64,000 nt of DNA, taken from positions 310,001 through 374,000 of the forward strand of contig JAPMXV010000051.1 of assembly GCA_026936335.1 (NCBI GenBank), given 5' to 3'. The translations under genes and the position numbers were made by a program. The notes under the pieces were generated by a model. It saw only the letters and a list, made by a program, of their open reading frames with translations, was not told the DNA's origin and did no database searches. This document shows positions 23,546 through 35,849 of this stretch, one piece after another (position 1 is the first letter of the stretch; each line of letters begins with the position of its first letter). Source of the stretch: Mantamonas sphyraenae STR306. Taxonomy: Eukaryota; Protista; CRuMs.

Positions 23546-26500
23546 TCACTCTGCATACCACACCCAATCATCATCGTCTTCCTCGACCAGCTCGTCGTCG
23601 CTCAGATCCGAGTTGCTGTCGTCTTCATCACCCTCTGCACCGTCTCCAGATACACTTTCGCCTGCCCCTGCTCCTTCGCTACCGCTTGCACCACCACCTG
23701 CACTGGTCCCGCCGCTGCCACTGCTGCGCTTTGTGTCTCCTGCGCCCGAGCTGGCCTGTTCGTTGCCAACGCGGTTCTGCAGAAGACTCAGGCTACGCGT
23801 CAGGCGCTCCTGATCGTCCTCCATGTATCGTTCCTCCTTCTCCTTCTCCTCGCTCTCCACCTCCACACCAGCCACCTTTACGCCGCGCTTCTTGAAGAGC
23901 TGGCCCGATTGGTGCCTGCGCACAAGCACGCCCACCTGGCTGCCCCTCTTCTTGTGTCCCTCCTGAAGCTGGTCCAGAAGCTCGCTTGCATGCTCCTGCA
24001 ACGAGCCCCTCTTTGGATCAGACCCATCTCCGCGCACAACGGTCATGCGCCGCATCCGCAACGACTCCTGGTGTCTTGACATCGTCGTCCGTCGCCTGCT
24101 GCTTGTTCCGCTCCCTCCCAGCGTTCCTGCTGACCCAGTGTTCCCCGCACCGCCGCCTCCACCTCCACTTCCACCTCCCGCGCTGTTCCCTGCTGTCTGC
24201 ACATCCTCTCCGGCCTCAATCTGGTTCATGATCATCAGTGTTTCCATGTACTGCGTCAGAACGTTGCCAAACACACTTGCGTGCTGCGCTTGCGCCTTGT
24301 GGATGCGCTTTTCCACCTCGTCGCTGTTGGCCACCGAAATCGTCCCGGCTCTCTCTTTGTACGTTTTGCGCTGCTCCACAGACAACGATTTGGCCTTCAG
24401 CAGGTTGACCCATTCCCGTCGCGTTTCGTTGTCCTCAGCACACATCAGCAGGTCCTTGTTCGGTGTCACAAGCTCAAACGCAAACCGCGTCGGCATTCGC
24501 TCCATGACCACGCTCGTCTCGGACGGAATGCGCACGTGCGACTCACCCGGGATAATCACAAGCTGCCCGCGACGCTTCTTCATGCTTTCGTCCGTGTAGT
24601 AGTTGAGTTCGTTTCCCACCACCTCCACCCATCGCATCTTCCAATTGGTGCGCACGTGGCCACGCTTTTGCAGCATGCCGCTCTTGCTGGAACACGACAG
24701 CAGCGTCACGTTTTCCGCCACGCGCCTCATCTTGGCTGCCACCTTACTTTCAAACAGGTCGTCCACGTCCTCGCTGATCCGAGTGTGACAAAACGACGCA
24801 AACATCTGTGTTGACACAAAGAGGCTCATGAACTTTTGGCAGTCGTCTGCCACCTCCACAAGGAACCCTTCGGCATCAAACAAGCTGTCCTGGTCCCCGT
24901 CCTCCTCGGGATATTGCAGAAACTCGCGGTAGCGTGCAAACAGGTCCACAAAGATTGCCAGAAAGCACTTCCGCACACTCTCCGGCTTCAGTTCAGTCGC
25001 TTGGCCATCGGTACTTCCGTTGCGCTTTCCCTCTCCTCCGCCCTGTGCCCCGCTGTTCTTTAGGATGCCACCGCCACCGGATGACTGTTTCCCTGCGCTA
25101 GTACTCAACATCCCTCCTCCTCCTCCACCACCACCGCCGCTGCTGCCGCTGCTGCTACTGCTGCTATTGCTGCTTCCCAGCCCATTGCCACTGCGTCCAA
25201 CCATGCTGTTTGACTTGCGCGCCATAAAGTTGAAGCTGAGACGCTTTTCGCCCTTGCCCGCGAGATCGGAGCGGCTGGACAGCGGCGACGCGGTCAAACC
25301 GCTGCCCAGCGAGCTCTGCTTGGGCGATTTGCCCAGCGTAGGGATGGGAATGCGCACGGAGCCTTTGGATGATGTGCGTGTGAGTTCCTCCTCCTCGGCG
25401 CTGTCGATTTGGTCGTTGTCGTCGTCGTTGTAGATCTCGTCGCCGTCAGAGAACTGGGCAGTCATGTACTGTTGGCGCGATGTGGTTTGGTGCTCGTTGG
25501 CGTTGGAGCTGTGAGTGGTGCCATCGATCTGTTCCAACTCGCGCAGAATCGATGTTTGCGTGTCACGCTCGCCCATAATGCTTGCGTACTTGCGTAGGCC
25601 ACGCGAAATGCGGTTTCGATAGATCATGGGCATGGAGTACTGGGAGTCGAGCCGGTCGGAGATGTCGCTGTGATCCAGATCGACAATGACCACGTCGTCG
25701 GCAAGCTCGGCGTGGTTGAAAATCGTCGGCTGTGCGCCCACAATGAAAGGCATGGGCGCCTCCAGGAAGCCACACAGGGGCGAAGGAAGAATGGGAATGT
25801 ACACGTGCTGCCATTCAAACGGGTACAGAAGAGTGAGCAGCGCCTCGGTGCAGGCCGTCAGCTTTTGCACCTCTTCCGACACAAACATGAGTTTCTGCTC
25901 CAGGAGAACCATGCCAAACACGGTGATGAGTGTTTTTCGATCCAGCGAGCGAAACAGGGGCTCGTAGTCCACGTCGACCTGCGGCAGCTGGCTCGGCGGA
26001 TTCACTTTGCACAGGCCGATTGTTTTCTGTGTGCAGGCACTGGTCAGCAGCACCGGGTGCGTTTCTGTGGGACACGGATACACAGAAAGGGCTTCTGCAA
26101 GCTCGGCCACCATGGCCTCTGTGCATGATGTGCACGCAAACGGGTATGTGTGAGCCCTCCCGTCGCCTCACGCACGAAACACACCTCGTACGAGACACTC
26201 ACCTCCAAAGCGCGACTTGAGAGAGCAGTGCTTGGCAAAGTCGAGCAGGTATCGTTCGTACAGTTGATGGTACGGGTAATCGGAGAGCGTGACGAGGCAC
26301 ATCGGTGCCCACAACTCGCTTCCAATGACCTCTCTGCGCCAAAAACACATGCCACAAACGGCACGCGTGCGCACGCGGCCCATCACAAGCGGCAAATGGG
26401 AAGTAAGCAGCGACGCAGCAGCCATCGCCGGTGCGGGGGAAATGAACAACACACGAATGTCAGCCTGGAGACGCGGGAGAAAACACGGGCAACCGAGACG

Positions 26501-27157
26501 TCGGGCTGAAAACAAAACAACGCACTCGGCTATGTCGGCGTGGGCCAGGATGTCCTCCCAGATGAACGGTAACCGTTTGCGAGATATCTTAAAGTAGCGT
26601 GTGACTGCGTGCCCATACATCTTTTGGCCCGAGAGGCCCGTGAGCACGAAGCTGTGGTGCTTGAGTTCGTCGGGTGATCGCAACTTGTGCTTTGCCGGCA
26701 GGTTGCGGTTGCGTCTGCGGATGCGTGACAGCTGCCTCGGCGCAGGCGTGTCATCGTCGTCAGAGCCATCTTCCGATCCATCGCCCTGACCACGTGCCTC
26801 CTCCTCAGCCACCTCCTGCGCTGCGCGCTTGACAAAGCGCCGCAGACGCAGCCCCTCTGGCATGGCAAACAGCGTCACTGTGGCCGGCATGTTGTGCGCC
26901 TCCTCCTCGGGATATTGATACAGTGGATCGGCCTGCCAGGACAAGTCCTCGATGTCTTTTTGCACGCGTGTTAGTCACGACCATGTGGCGTGGCAAGCGG
27001 AAAAAGCACTGTCGGTGCAGCAGCACTTACCCAAGTCGTGTTCCAGCTCATCAGACACCATGATGGGCACCAGCGGATCCTTGCCCAGGCCAAATGAGCA
27101 TACAAGACGCACCAGTTTGCTGGACAGCCCCCCTCTGGAGCCTGTCAGCGAGCTCAT
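23546..27157 (-). CDS. DENN-domain Rab GEF with C-terminal PH domain (5' end uncertain, possibly up to ~27617)
   Basis: LFAMPEG, HSFVLTG..G.KMYG, CLVTLSDYPY, LLEQKLMFVS, LLYPFEWQHVYIPILP, LEAPMPFIVG, FVSTQMFASF; PH: KSGMLQKRGHVRTNWKMRW..LNYY..EWVNLL. Confidence 0.9.
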
Positions 27158-27804
27158 GCCTGGTTTGGTCGCGCCCGAGCTGCGCCAGCGCAAGATGGTA
27201 CGTGCAGGCCAACAGAGTGGAAGGGGAAGAGCGGGGCGGCGGGGGGGAGTGGGGTGCTCTGGTGAATGAATCTTGGCACTCACACCATGTGGCCATGTGG
27301 TACAACGCTGACACCACACATGCACCCCAGTCGACGCCGGAGGAGCGGAAAGAGCATCGACTGCCCGCCCAAGCGCCCAAGGTCAAGGGGGACTCTCACC
27401 GCTGCAACGCTCATTTGGAAGATGTGATTGACGCAGTGTTTGATTGGGACTTGCACTTTGGCAAGCGCTTGTCTGTGTTTGTGGACTGCGTGCGCAGCAA
27501 GCCCGGGTACGTCGCGCAATCATCCTTTCCTCCCCCCAACCCTCCCCCAACACACACGTGCTCACTCGTTTGCTGTGCTTCCCTGTGCTCCCTTTTATAC
27601 GGTTGGGACAATCGCATGGTACAGAGAAGAGCCCCCCCGAGCATGCGCAGAAGTGGTGCAGCAGACTGGACAACAACACACAGGGGACGACCCCGAGGCC
27701 AGGTGAGAGGGAACCCCAGAGGGAGAGCGAGAACGGGTGAAGGATCCAAGTGATGGAATGTGATGGATGTTTGTTTCCAATTCCCAGTCGGCCTCTGTGC
27801 TTCG

Positions 27805-30636
27805 TCACGAGCTCTGGAAGATCTTGACGTTTGAGTCGGCGCCACCGGTCGCCACGTAGGGCATGGTGGGATGGAAAGCAACACACATGACAGCCTCGTG
27901 GTGTTTGCGGCGATGGGCAGTGCACTCTTGCACACACTGCTTCTTGCCAATGTCCCAGAAGCGAATGGAGGTGTCGTGGGAGCCCGAGAGCAAATACAGA
28001 CCCGAGCTGTCCACGCTGAGGGAGGAGACAGAGTCCAGATGGGCCACCATGCTGTGGATGCACTCCCCGCTCTTCAGATCCCAGAACTTGATAAATTTGT
28101 CTTCGTGGGCCGAGATGGCAATTGGCGACGTCGGGTGGGTGATCACCTTGTTGACCTGCTTGGTCACGTCGACGACGCTGGAGGCGCCTCCCTCGCTGGC
28201 ATCGATGGTGCTCACCACTTTGCCTGTTTCCGAGTCGTACACCGCAAGCGTGGCGTTCTGGTACGAGGCAATCACTTGCTGGCTGTCCGTGCGAATAAAC
28301 TCCACACTTGTGGGGATTTGCGCCTGACCGTCGCTGCCCTCGAGCGTCAGCGTACGCACGAGCGGCGCTTGTTGTTCAATGTCCCACAGTCGCACGCTTG
28401 CGTCCGCACTGGCACTCAGCAGCAGGTTGCTGTATGGGTGCACGTCCAGGTCCCAGATCACGTCCTCGTGGCCATGGTACACCTCGATTTTCTGCGAGCA
28501 GGCACTGCCGTACGCGTCGTACAGCTCCGCCGTGCCTGGTGTCGGACTCCATAGCCGGATGGTCTTGTCTGCGCCAGCGCTGAACGCAATGTCCTTGTCC
28601 GTGGACAAGATGGCCGAGTAGATGGGCGCCGTGTGGCCGCGCATGGTCACAATGGGCTCCACGTCCGGCGCATTGGTTGTCTTTTTCCCTCCGCCGGCTC
28701 CCACGTACTGCAGATTCCAGATCTTCAGCGTGTAGTCCTCCGATGCAGACAGCAGCCACGGCTCCGTTTCGTGGAAGGACACCGCACGCACACAGTCAAA
28801 GTGCGAGCGCAGAGTAGTCTTTGTCTTCCACGAGCGCTCCGGTGTGATGATGGCCCCCTCGGTCTGCTTGGTGGCGGTTGGATCTTCCATGGAGATTTCT
28901 CCCAGCTCACCCAACGCGCCTGCCGACACGCCTGCATCCGAGCCCTCTCCTGCACCTGCTCCCTCCGCACTGTTGTTGCTGCTTCCTCCGCTGCTGCTGT
29001 TCTGCTCCGACGCAGCTGCTGCCTCGTTTTTGTCGCTGCTGCCGCTGCTGCCCTTCCCCTCGCTGCCGCTGCTTCCATTGCCGCTTCCGCTTGTGCGAGT
29101 GCGCAGGTCTTCGTTGGGGTCTGCAAAGTCCCATCCTTCGTCCAGGTTGCTTGTTTGTCCGCTGCTGCTGTTTCCTGCTGCGTTTGCCGCCGCCCCGCCT
29201 GCGTTTGCGTCTGCCCCACCTTCGCTTTCGCCCTTGCCCTTCTTTCCGCCTGCCCCGTTGCCGTTGTCCCCTGCGCCTGTGTTGTCTGCCGCTCCCTCCT
29301 CGTTCTCCTCCGGATGTTCCTTGGCCCATTGTGCCATCTGATCCTTCAGGTTCCTGCCCTTGCCGCCTCGGAACTTGCCCCCTCCTCCGTTGTACGCCCA
29401 GTTCTTGTTGCCCGAGCTCTTGCTGCCACCCTTGCCGCTGCTCTGCTTGCTGCCTGACTTGATGCCGCTTTCGTTGCTGCTGCTCTGTGTTGTTGTGTTG
29501 CCGCTCGCCTCGCTGCCCTTTGCTGCGTTTCCGGCTCCCTCGGCACCTGCCGAGCTACCTGTGCTGCTGCCGCTGCCACCTGCGCTGCTGCTGGCGGTCC
29601 TGCGCGTCGTCGGGGCGCACAAACGTGTTTGCATTGAGGGAGTGCGGTCCCTTGAAAATGTCGCTGGGGTTGTACCCGACTTCCTCGAGGTACTTGCGCA
29701 GAATCGCCCTGCTGGGCGACCCCTTGCGTGTTTTCAGCGACAGCTTGGACGGCACTGTGGAACGCACACACATGGATACAGGGTCAGCATGCGCTACAAC
29801 GCACAGGCGAGCGCGAGTGCAAGGGAACAATGTGCTGGGGCAATGGCAAAAAACGCACGTGTGCTGTACGAGTTGGTCGGCACGGCCAGCTTCTCCTTCG
29901 TCAACGCGCCAGTCGAGCTGGACAGGCTCTGCGAGTCGCCTGCGCCTGCCATGGAACCTGTGCTGGGTGCATCTCCGTTTGCCACACGCGTGCTGTGCAT
30001 ATGCGCGGTTGTCTGTGTGTCAGCAAGCCGTGCGTGCGGTGCAAAGGCGCCAGAGAGGGGAAATCACAAATGAGAGGGCCGCCGACAAGAGCGCGCCGCA
30101 GCGCCACAGCCGTGCACAGAAGCATGCAGACGCACGGAACAACGCAGAGGACGTAGCAGTGCCACCATGGAGCCCAGTGCCGGGCGCGTGGGTGCGTGTG
30201 GGACGACATGGAACGTGCAGCAGGGTCTGTGACGAGAGGCGACGTGGTTGTGCAATGGTTGTGCAGGCTCTGCTGCAAGCTGTGGGAGGTTGGCGGCTCC
30301 CATGCACGTGGCAGCCTCACGTTCACTCACCGTTCTTGGCGCAGGGCAAACTCGAGCATCTTGATGCGGCGCACGAGGTCCTTCTTGAGGTTCTCCTGGC
30401 CCCGGCGTTCGCCTTCCAGCACAGCGATTTTGGACTGCAGCTCCGCCTTTTCGGCCTGCCACTTGACACGGTCGAGCTCGAAGCGGCGGAACTCCTGCTG
30501 GATGAAGTTCAGCACACCCGGCAGGGAGTACTGCTGCTGCTGTTGCGACTGTGTGCGTGTGTGGTGTGTGTGTGTGTGTGTGTGTGTGAGTGAGTGCGAG
30601 AGGCGCCAGCTACGCGGCGGCAAAAGCCCCTACCAT
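27805..30636 (-). CDS. STRN: Striatin (STRIPAK scaffold) with WD40 repeats
   Basis: [67 protein letters not shown]; [10 protein letters not shown]; [11 protein letters not shown]40 start; ATGGAD. ATG is followed directly by an intron; frame break or 76-nt intron near 29600. Confidence 0.93.
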
Positions 30637-30724
30637 GCCCTGTGAAAAGTTGCGATGGGCGCGCCTGCGAAGGCAACCACTCAGAGACACAAGCCAGGAA
30701 GAGGCACAGAGACAGAGGAACAGC

Positions 30725-31491
30725 ATGTGCCCACCCCTGCCCACAGCCCGTACCGACATTGTGTGTCCCAACTGCTCAGTCGCCGTCGAATTCGGCACCC
30801 ACTGGACCTGCGACTTTTGTTCCACCCATGTGGACATGTTTGACAACAAGGGCGAATGCCCCTGCTGCCACAAGTGCTTGTACGTTGTCTTTCCACGTCC
30901 ACAACCCTAGCGCAGATGTCACACAGACAGACACGTGAGGTGCAAGCGCCCAGCACGTGTTTCCCTGTTCCCTGTTCGCCCGCCCTCCCACAGTTCGCCT
31001 CTGTCCCTCAACTAACTGACTCCATTCCGCTCCTCCCTCATGCTCATCTGCATCGTTGCACCCTTTGCGTTGGCCACCGTCGCCCCATGATGACCCGCAG
31101 CGCCGAAGTGATGTGCGTGAAGTGTGGTGTGCCCGAGGCGATCGGCAAGTTCTACGTCGACGGCAACGGGCCCACACGCGAGCAAGACACCGCGCCGCTG
31201 TACACAGACGTCGAAGAGGCGGTGAAGAAGGCAGCGCCGCAGGAAAAGGTGTCCTTTGGACAGCTTGGAGAGGTGGACGAGGTGGCCGACGATGAAGAAG
31301 GCGACGACACGGGACTTGAGTCTGCCGCCCTCTCCCTTCGGTCCACTGGGTCGACAAGCAACAACAACAGCAACAACAGCAACAGCAACAGCAACAGCAG
31401 CGGCGCCGCGGTCATCCGGCCGCTGGAGTCTGGCAGCGAGAGTGAGAGCGAGGACATGGGATTCAGCCTGTTTGGATCGGAGAGCGATTGA
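30725..31491 (+). CDS. Small zinc-ribbon protein (4 x CxxC) with acidic tail ending in a P-stalk-like motif
   Basis: CPNC..HWTCDFC..DMFDNKGECPCC.KCF|AEVMCVKC..KFY after removing intron ~30880-31100; C-terminus ESESESEDMGFSLFGSESD. Confidence 0.75.
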
Positions 31492-31504
31492 GCGCCCAAA
31501 GGAA

Positions 31505-32839
31505 ATGTACAAACGTGCGCAAGCTCAACAAGAGCACAAGGACTTCCAAAGTACCATTGGGCCGCTTGTGGAACTGATTGAACGACATGACAACGCTGCT
31601 GAACAGCTGCGGGCGCAAGGCAAGGGGCTGCGCGCTGTGGAGCTGATGGAAAACAGCCTCAAGCTGCGTGTGGATGTGTACGGCGAAGGCAGCGAGGTTG
31701 TGTCCGACGCCTGCGAAGCGCTGGTCACGTACTGCAACACCCTCTACCAGGACTACTTTAGCCGAGGCAAAATCGAACGTGCCTACGAGGTACTCAAGAA
31801 GGCCGAAAAGTACACAGACCCACACGGATACTTGGACGCAGAGGTCGAGGCCAAGCTCCGTGCCATCACGTACAACAACTTTGGCTGCTTCTACCGCTAG
31901 TGCGTTCCTGCGCTTGCCGTTTGTCGCCGACACTTCCTTTCTCTTTTGGCCACGTTTGGTGGTCCACACGCCACACGCTGACACGAACGTTCGCGACACC
32001 ATTCATCTTGTTCGAATGGGGGGAATGGGTGGGGGTGGGTTGCACGTGTTTGTATCCCCGTGTCCTGATCGACGTCTGCGTTTCGGTCGTGTTGCAAACG
32101 GTCTTTGCCCAGCCGCGGCAAGCTCCGCGCAGCCCTGGAGTACCTGGAGAAGGCACTCAAGGTGGAGGTGTTGTCTGAAGCGCCTCATAGTCCTGCTTCG
32201 ACACATCTCAACTTGTGTGCAGTGCTGTCCAGCCTGGGAGAGCATGGCAACGCAACAAAGCACGCCCAGTGCGCCCTCAAGATCCTGCAGGAGGAGCGCA
32301 CGTTGAAAAAATGGAAAAAGAGAGACCGTGAGATCCGTGAAGAGCGGGGTGAAAAGGTGGAACCCGAGGACGAGGCTGAAGACGAGCTGCTGGGAGACGC
32401 GAGCATCCTTTGCGCTGCCTACCACAACCTGGCCGTGGAGTACGAGTATCTCGGACGCGTCAGCGACGCATTCACAAGTTACGCCAACGCATTGGAAATA
32501 GCATCCAGCGATCTGGGAGACGACCACCCCATGTCCCTGAGCATCCACGAGAGCTTCGAAGCGCTGAAACAGACGCACAACCTGGACGACGAAGGCCACA
32601 AGAGGAAACACGGCGCAGGCAGCAGCAGCAACAGTAGCAGCAGCAGCAGTGCAAGTGGATCCAAGGCCAAGGGTAAGGGCAAAAAGGGCAAAAAGGCCAA
32701 GGGCAAAAAGGGCAAAAAGGCCAAGGCCAAGGCACAAAAGGTGGACGAGGAGGAAGGAGAAGAGGAGGGCGAGGACGGTGAGGAGGCAGAGGATGAAGAT
32801 GGGGCGCAGGAGAGCGAGGATGAGGAAGAGGAAAAGTGA
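31505..32839 (+). CDS. TPR-repeat protein with K-rich and E-rich tail
   Basis: AITYNNFGCFYRY|RGKLRAALEYLEKAL, ASTHLNLCAVLSSLGEH, AYHNLAVEYEYLG; intron 31900-32112 removes the apparent TAG. Confidence 0.85.
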
Positions 32840-32895
32840 GCGCAGAGAAACAAAGCTCTGGTGTTTGTTGGATGCGCTGCGCACCCGAAACGCAA

Positions 32896-35787
32896 TCAAT
32901 CGCTGGATCCTGCCGCACGTTGGGCAATGCCTTCGAGGCGAGTGACAATGTCTGCGAACGAGGGCCGGTTTGCCGGCTCCTTGTCCCAGCACTCGACCAT
33001 AAGGTCTGCATACTCCTGGTCCTGGGGCTTTTCAGGCACAGCGAGACGGTAGTTGTTGTAGATGACGGCACCCATGATCTGAAGGGCGTTCATGCCCTCA
33101 AAGGGCTCGTCGCGCGTGAGGATCTCCCACATGATGATGGCAAAGGAGTAGACGTCGGACTTTTCGTCAAAGGGCTCGTTGTTCATGACCTCGGGGGCCA
33201 TCCAGACAGGCGATCCTGCGTTTGTGGTTGTTGTGACGCAGCCGCCGCGCTTGATGCGGCTCAGGCCAAAGTCGGATACCACCACGCGCCAGTTGCGCCC
33301 CACGAGCAGGTTGGGGCTTTTGAGATCACGGTGCACAATCACCTCCTTGCCCTTTCCCTTGCTGTGAAGGTAGGCCATGCCGCGTGCGACGTCCAGAGCC
33401 ATGCCCACAAGGCGTTTCCAGGCGAGTTTTGCAGACGAGCGATGCAGCAGGCGGTAGAGGTTACCCCGCGGCATAAACTCGGTGACAATGCTCATGTGTG
33501 GCTTGAGAGTACAGCTGCCCATGTACAGCAGGATGTTGGGGTGGCGTAGCTTGCGCATCATGCTGATTTCCTGCTCAAACTCGCTGACCTCGACGTCCTG
33601 GTCGTGGAGCACCTTGATGGCCACGGGTGTACCCTGCCACGTGCCCTTGTGCACTGTGCCAAATCCTCCTGTGCCCACCTGGTTGCCCACCTGCAGTTCC
33701 TTCCACTCGATTTCCCACTCGTCTTCTTCGCTCATCGAGGCGTGTTTCTCCAGCAGATCCGATTCGCTTTGCTGATAGTCGTACTCCATGTCGTCGTCCA
33801 AGTACAGGCTTGGCGAGCCAGGCGCGTCCACTTCAACCACGACATTGCTGGATGAGGACACGATGCGGCTGTTGTTGCGGCTGCTGTGCAGCTTGGCATC
33901 CTCAGAGTTGCACAAATCGTTCCAGTGCGACAGGTTGCACAGGCAGCTGTGGTACGACTTTGCCTTGTTGCTGTCCAGCTTGAACAGTTGGCCCGGCTTG
34001 TACATCAAATCCACGTAAAAGTCACCATGCACATTCTGGCCCACTTCAAGCCAATCGTGCTCCCCAATCAGATCGGCGCTGTTGTTGTTGTTGGCCTTGC
34101 TGGAGGCCCCCTCGCTGTTGCTTGCCCCTTCCTCGCTGCTCTCTGCGTTGGTTTCTGTGTCGCTTTCCTGCTCTGTGTCTGATGAATCGCTCCCATCGCC
34201 TCCAGCGGCTGCAGCCCCAGCTGCCGCTGTCGAGGTCGTCACCTTGACGTCGTGCTCTGGCTTGTATCCCTTGGGCCGGAGTCGCACCACGTTCCAGCAG
34301 CTCATGATGGGGTCGTCCGGGGTTGTGCGTTTGCGCACGAGCTTGGTGGGCAGACCGGCAAGGTCTGCGCAGAATTTGAAGAGCAGCGCACGATGGCGGT
34401 CTGTGCCATAGCGCATTTTGGCCAGAGGCAGCACGTTGCTACGTGTGCGTGCACGCAGCGCAATCACATTGTCCTGCATGTCCTCTACAATGCTTCCGCG
34501 GCTGGCACCTCCCAGATAGCTTGCTACGTCTTGAGCCAGCTGTTGGATCTTCTCCACCTCGTCCTGCTTGACCGACAGACCTTCCACGATACGCTACAAA
34601 GGCGAGTGTGGTGGTGCGTCCCATGTGTTGTGCAGGTGGTTTGTGGCCGGCGAACGTGTGCGTTTGGTGTCAGTAAAAGGTAAGGTGACAAAACCGGCCT
34701 GAGCGGAGCCGCGTGCAATTCCGCGTCTTCCTTCCTTGCAACCTCTGTGTGGCCAATTCCTGGGCCACACACACACGCATGCAGACAACCACCAGGCGTG
34801 TATGTTCCCCAGGCCCATCGTGTGTGTGGCGAGGGTCATGTGTGGGATGCTACAAGCGAAAGAGTTGCTTGTGCGTGTGAAACCTACGCTGCACTGGTCC
34901 AGCAGGGCGTAATCCGAGGTGCGATCGAGTACCACCACCTCCTTCATGCTGTCCCACCTCTCCGCAGGCGGCGGCGGGATATCCTTCAGGTCGTTGAGAG
35001 AGGGACAGAACGAGCAGTTCTTCAGGTTCAACGACGGCTCTACGTCGTAGAAGCCGTCCTGCAGTTTTTCGCGGAAGTCGACCTCGTTGTTCAGCCAAAA
35101 CCCACGCACGGAAGACGGCACCGCACTCGACGCTGTCGTTCCCACACGTGTCAATGACTGTGACCTCTGTTCCGCACCCCTCTACACATCATCCACACCC
35201 GCTCTCTCTCTCTCTCTCTCTCTCGTCCCTTTCTTCCCTGTCCTCGCCCGCATCGGGAACGCCCGATGCGGGCTGGCGTCCGCTTCTTCGAAAAGCTTCC
35301 TCACAGTGGGCCCCCACACCCCACCCCATGTCCCTCTCGCCCACTTACGCCTCGACAGACCGTCCTCTTCAATAATAGTTTCCTGCGACGGACTAAACTC
35401 GTCCCGAAAGTCGTCGGCGGTGGGAGCCGACATGAAGCGACCCAGCGAGCGGCCCTTTTGAGCGCCGCTGCCTCCGCCTCCCTTTGCGCCAAAGCCACGG
35501 CGACCCAGCTTGGCACGACGTCCTCCGCCGTTGCCATTGCCATTGCCGCTGCCAAGGCGCGAGGTGCTGCTCAGCATACTGTGATCTTCCGTCTCGAAAC
35601 GGGCGTGCTTTGTCGTTTGCTCGGCTGTGAGCTTTTGCAGATTGGCGATCTCTTCGGGGACGCCGTTGTTGTCGTTCTTGATGCTCTGTTGCGATTGCGA
35701 GGGTTGTGTCTGTTGCTCCTGCTGTGTTTGCTTGTCGTCCTCGACCATGGAGCCCATGGCCATGGAGTCGGACACGTTGGTGAGCAT
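32896..35787 (-). CDS. Raf-like (TKL) kinase with EDR1/CTR1-type N-terminal domain
   Basis: FWLNNEVDFREKLQDGFYD, GTDRHRALLFKFCAD, FYVDLMYKPGQL; kinase GTGGFGTV, VAIK, HRDLKSPNLL, DFGLSR, GSPVWMAPE. Two introns (~35348-35134, ~34886-34594). Confidence 0.9.
35246..35273. repeat. Perfect 12-bp inverted repeat in kinase intron 1
   Basis: GCCCGCATCGGG-AACG-CCCGATGCGGGC. Confidence 0.85.
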
Positions 35788-35849
35788 TGAAAATGCAATT
35801 GGCAAAAGAGTTGGCTCTTCCTGCGGCAGCGGACCCAAACCCTGGCACC

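Noticed and set aside
29600-29675. 25-nt or 76-nt intron rescuing the striatin frame
   Set aside because: Possible but lacks a CTRAC branch site, and the 76-nt version removes the conserved Tyr of EVGY; an indel is at least as likely.
31898-31900. In-frame TAG in the TPR gene suggesting stop-codon reassignment
   Set aside because: It is TA|GTGCGT, an intron donor; splicing gives TAC. TAG, TGA and TAA all act as stops elsewhere in the window.
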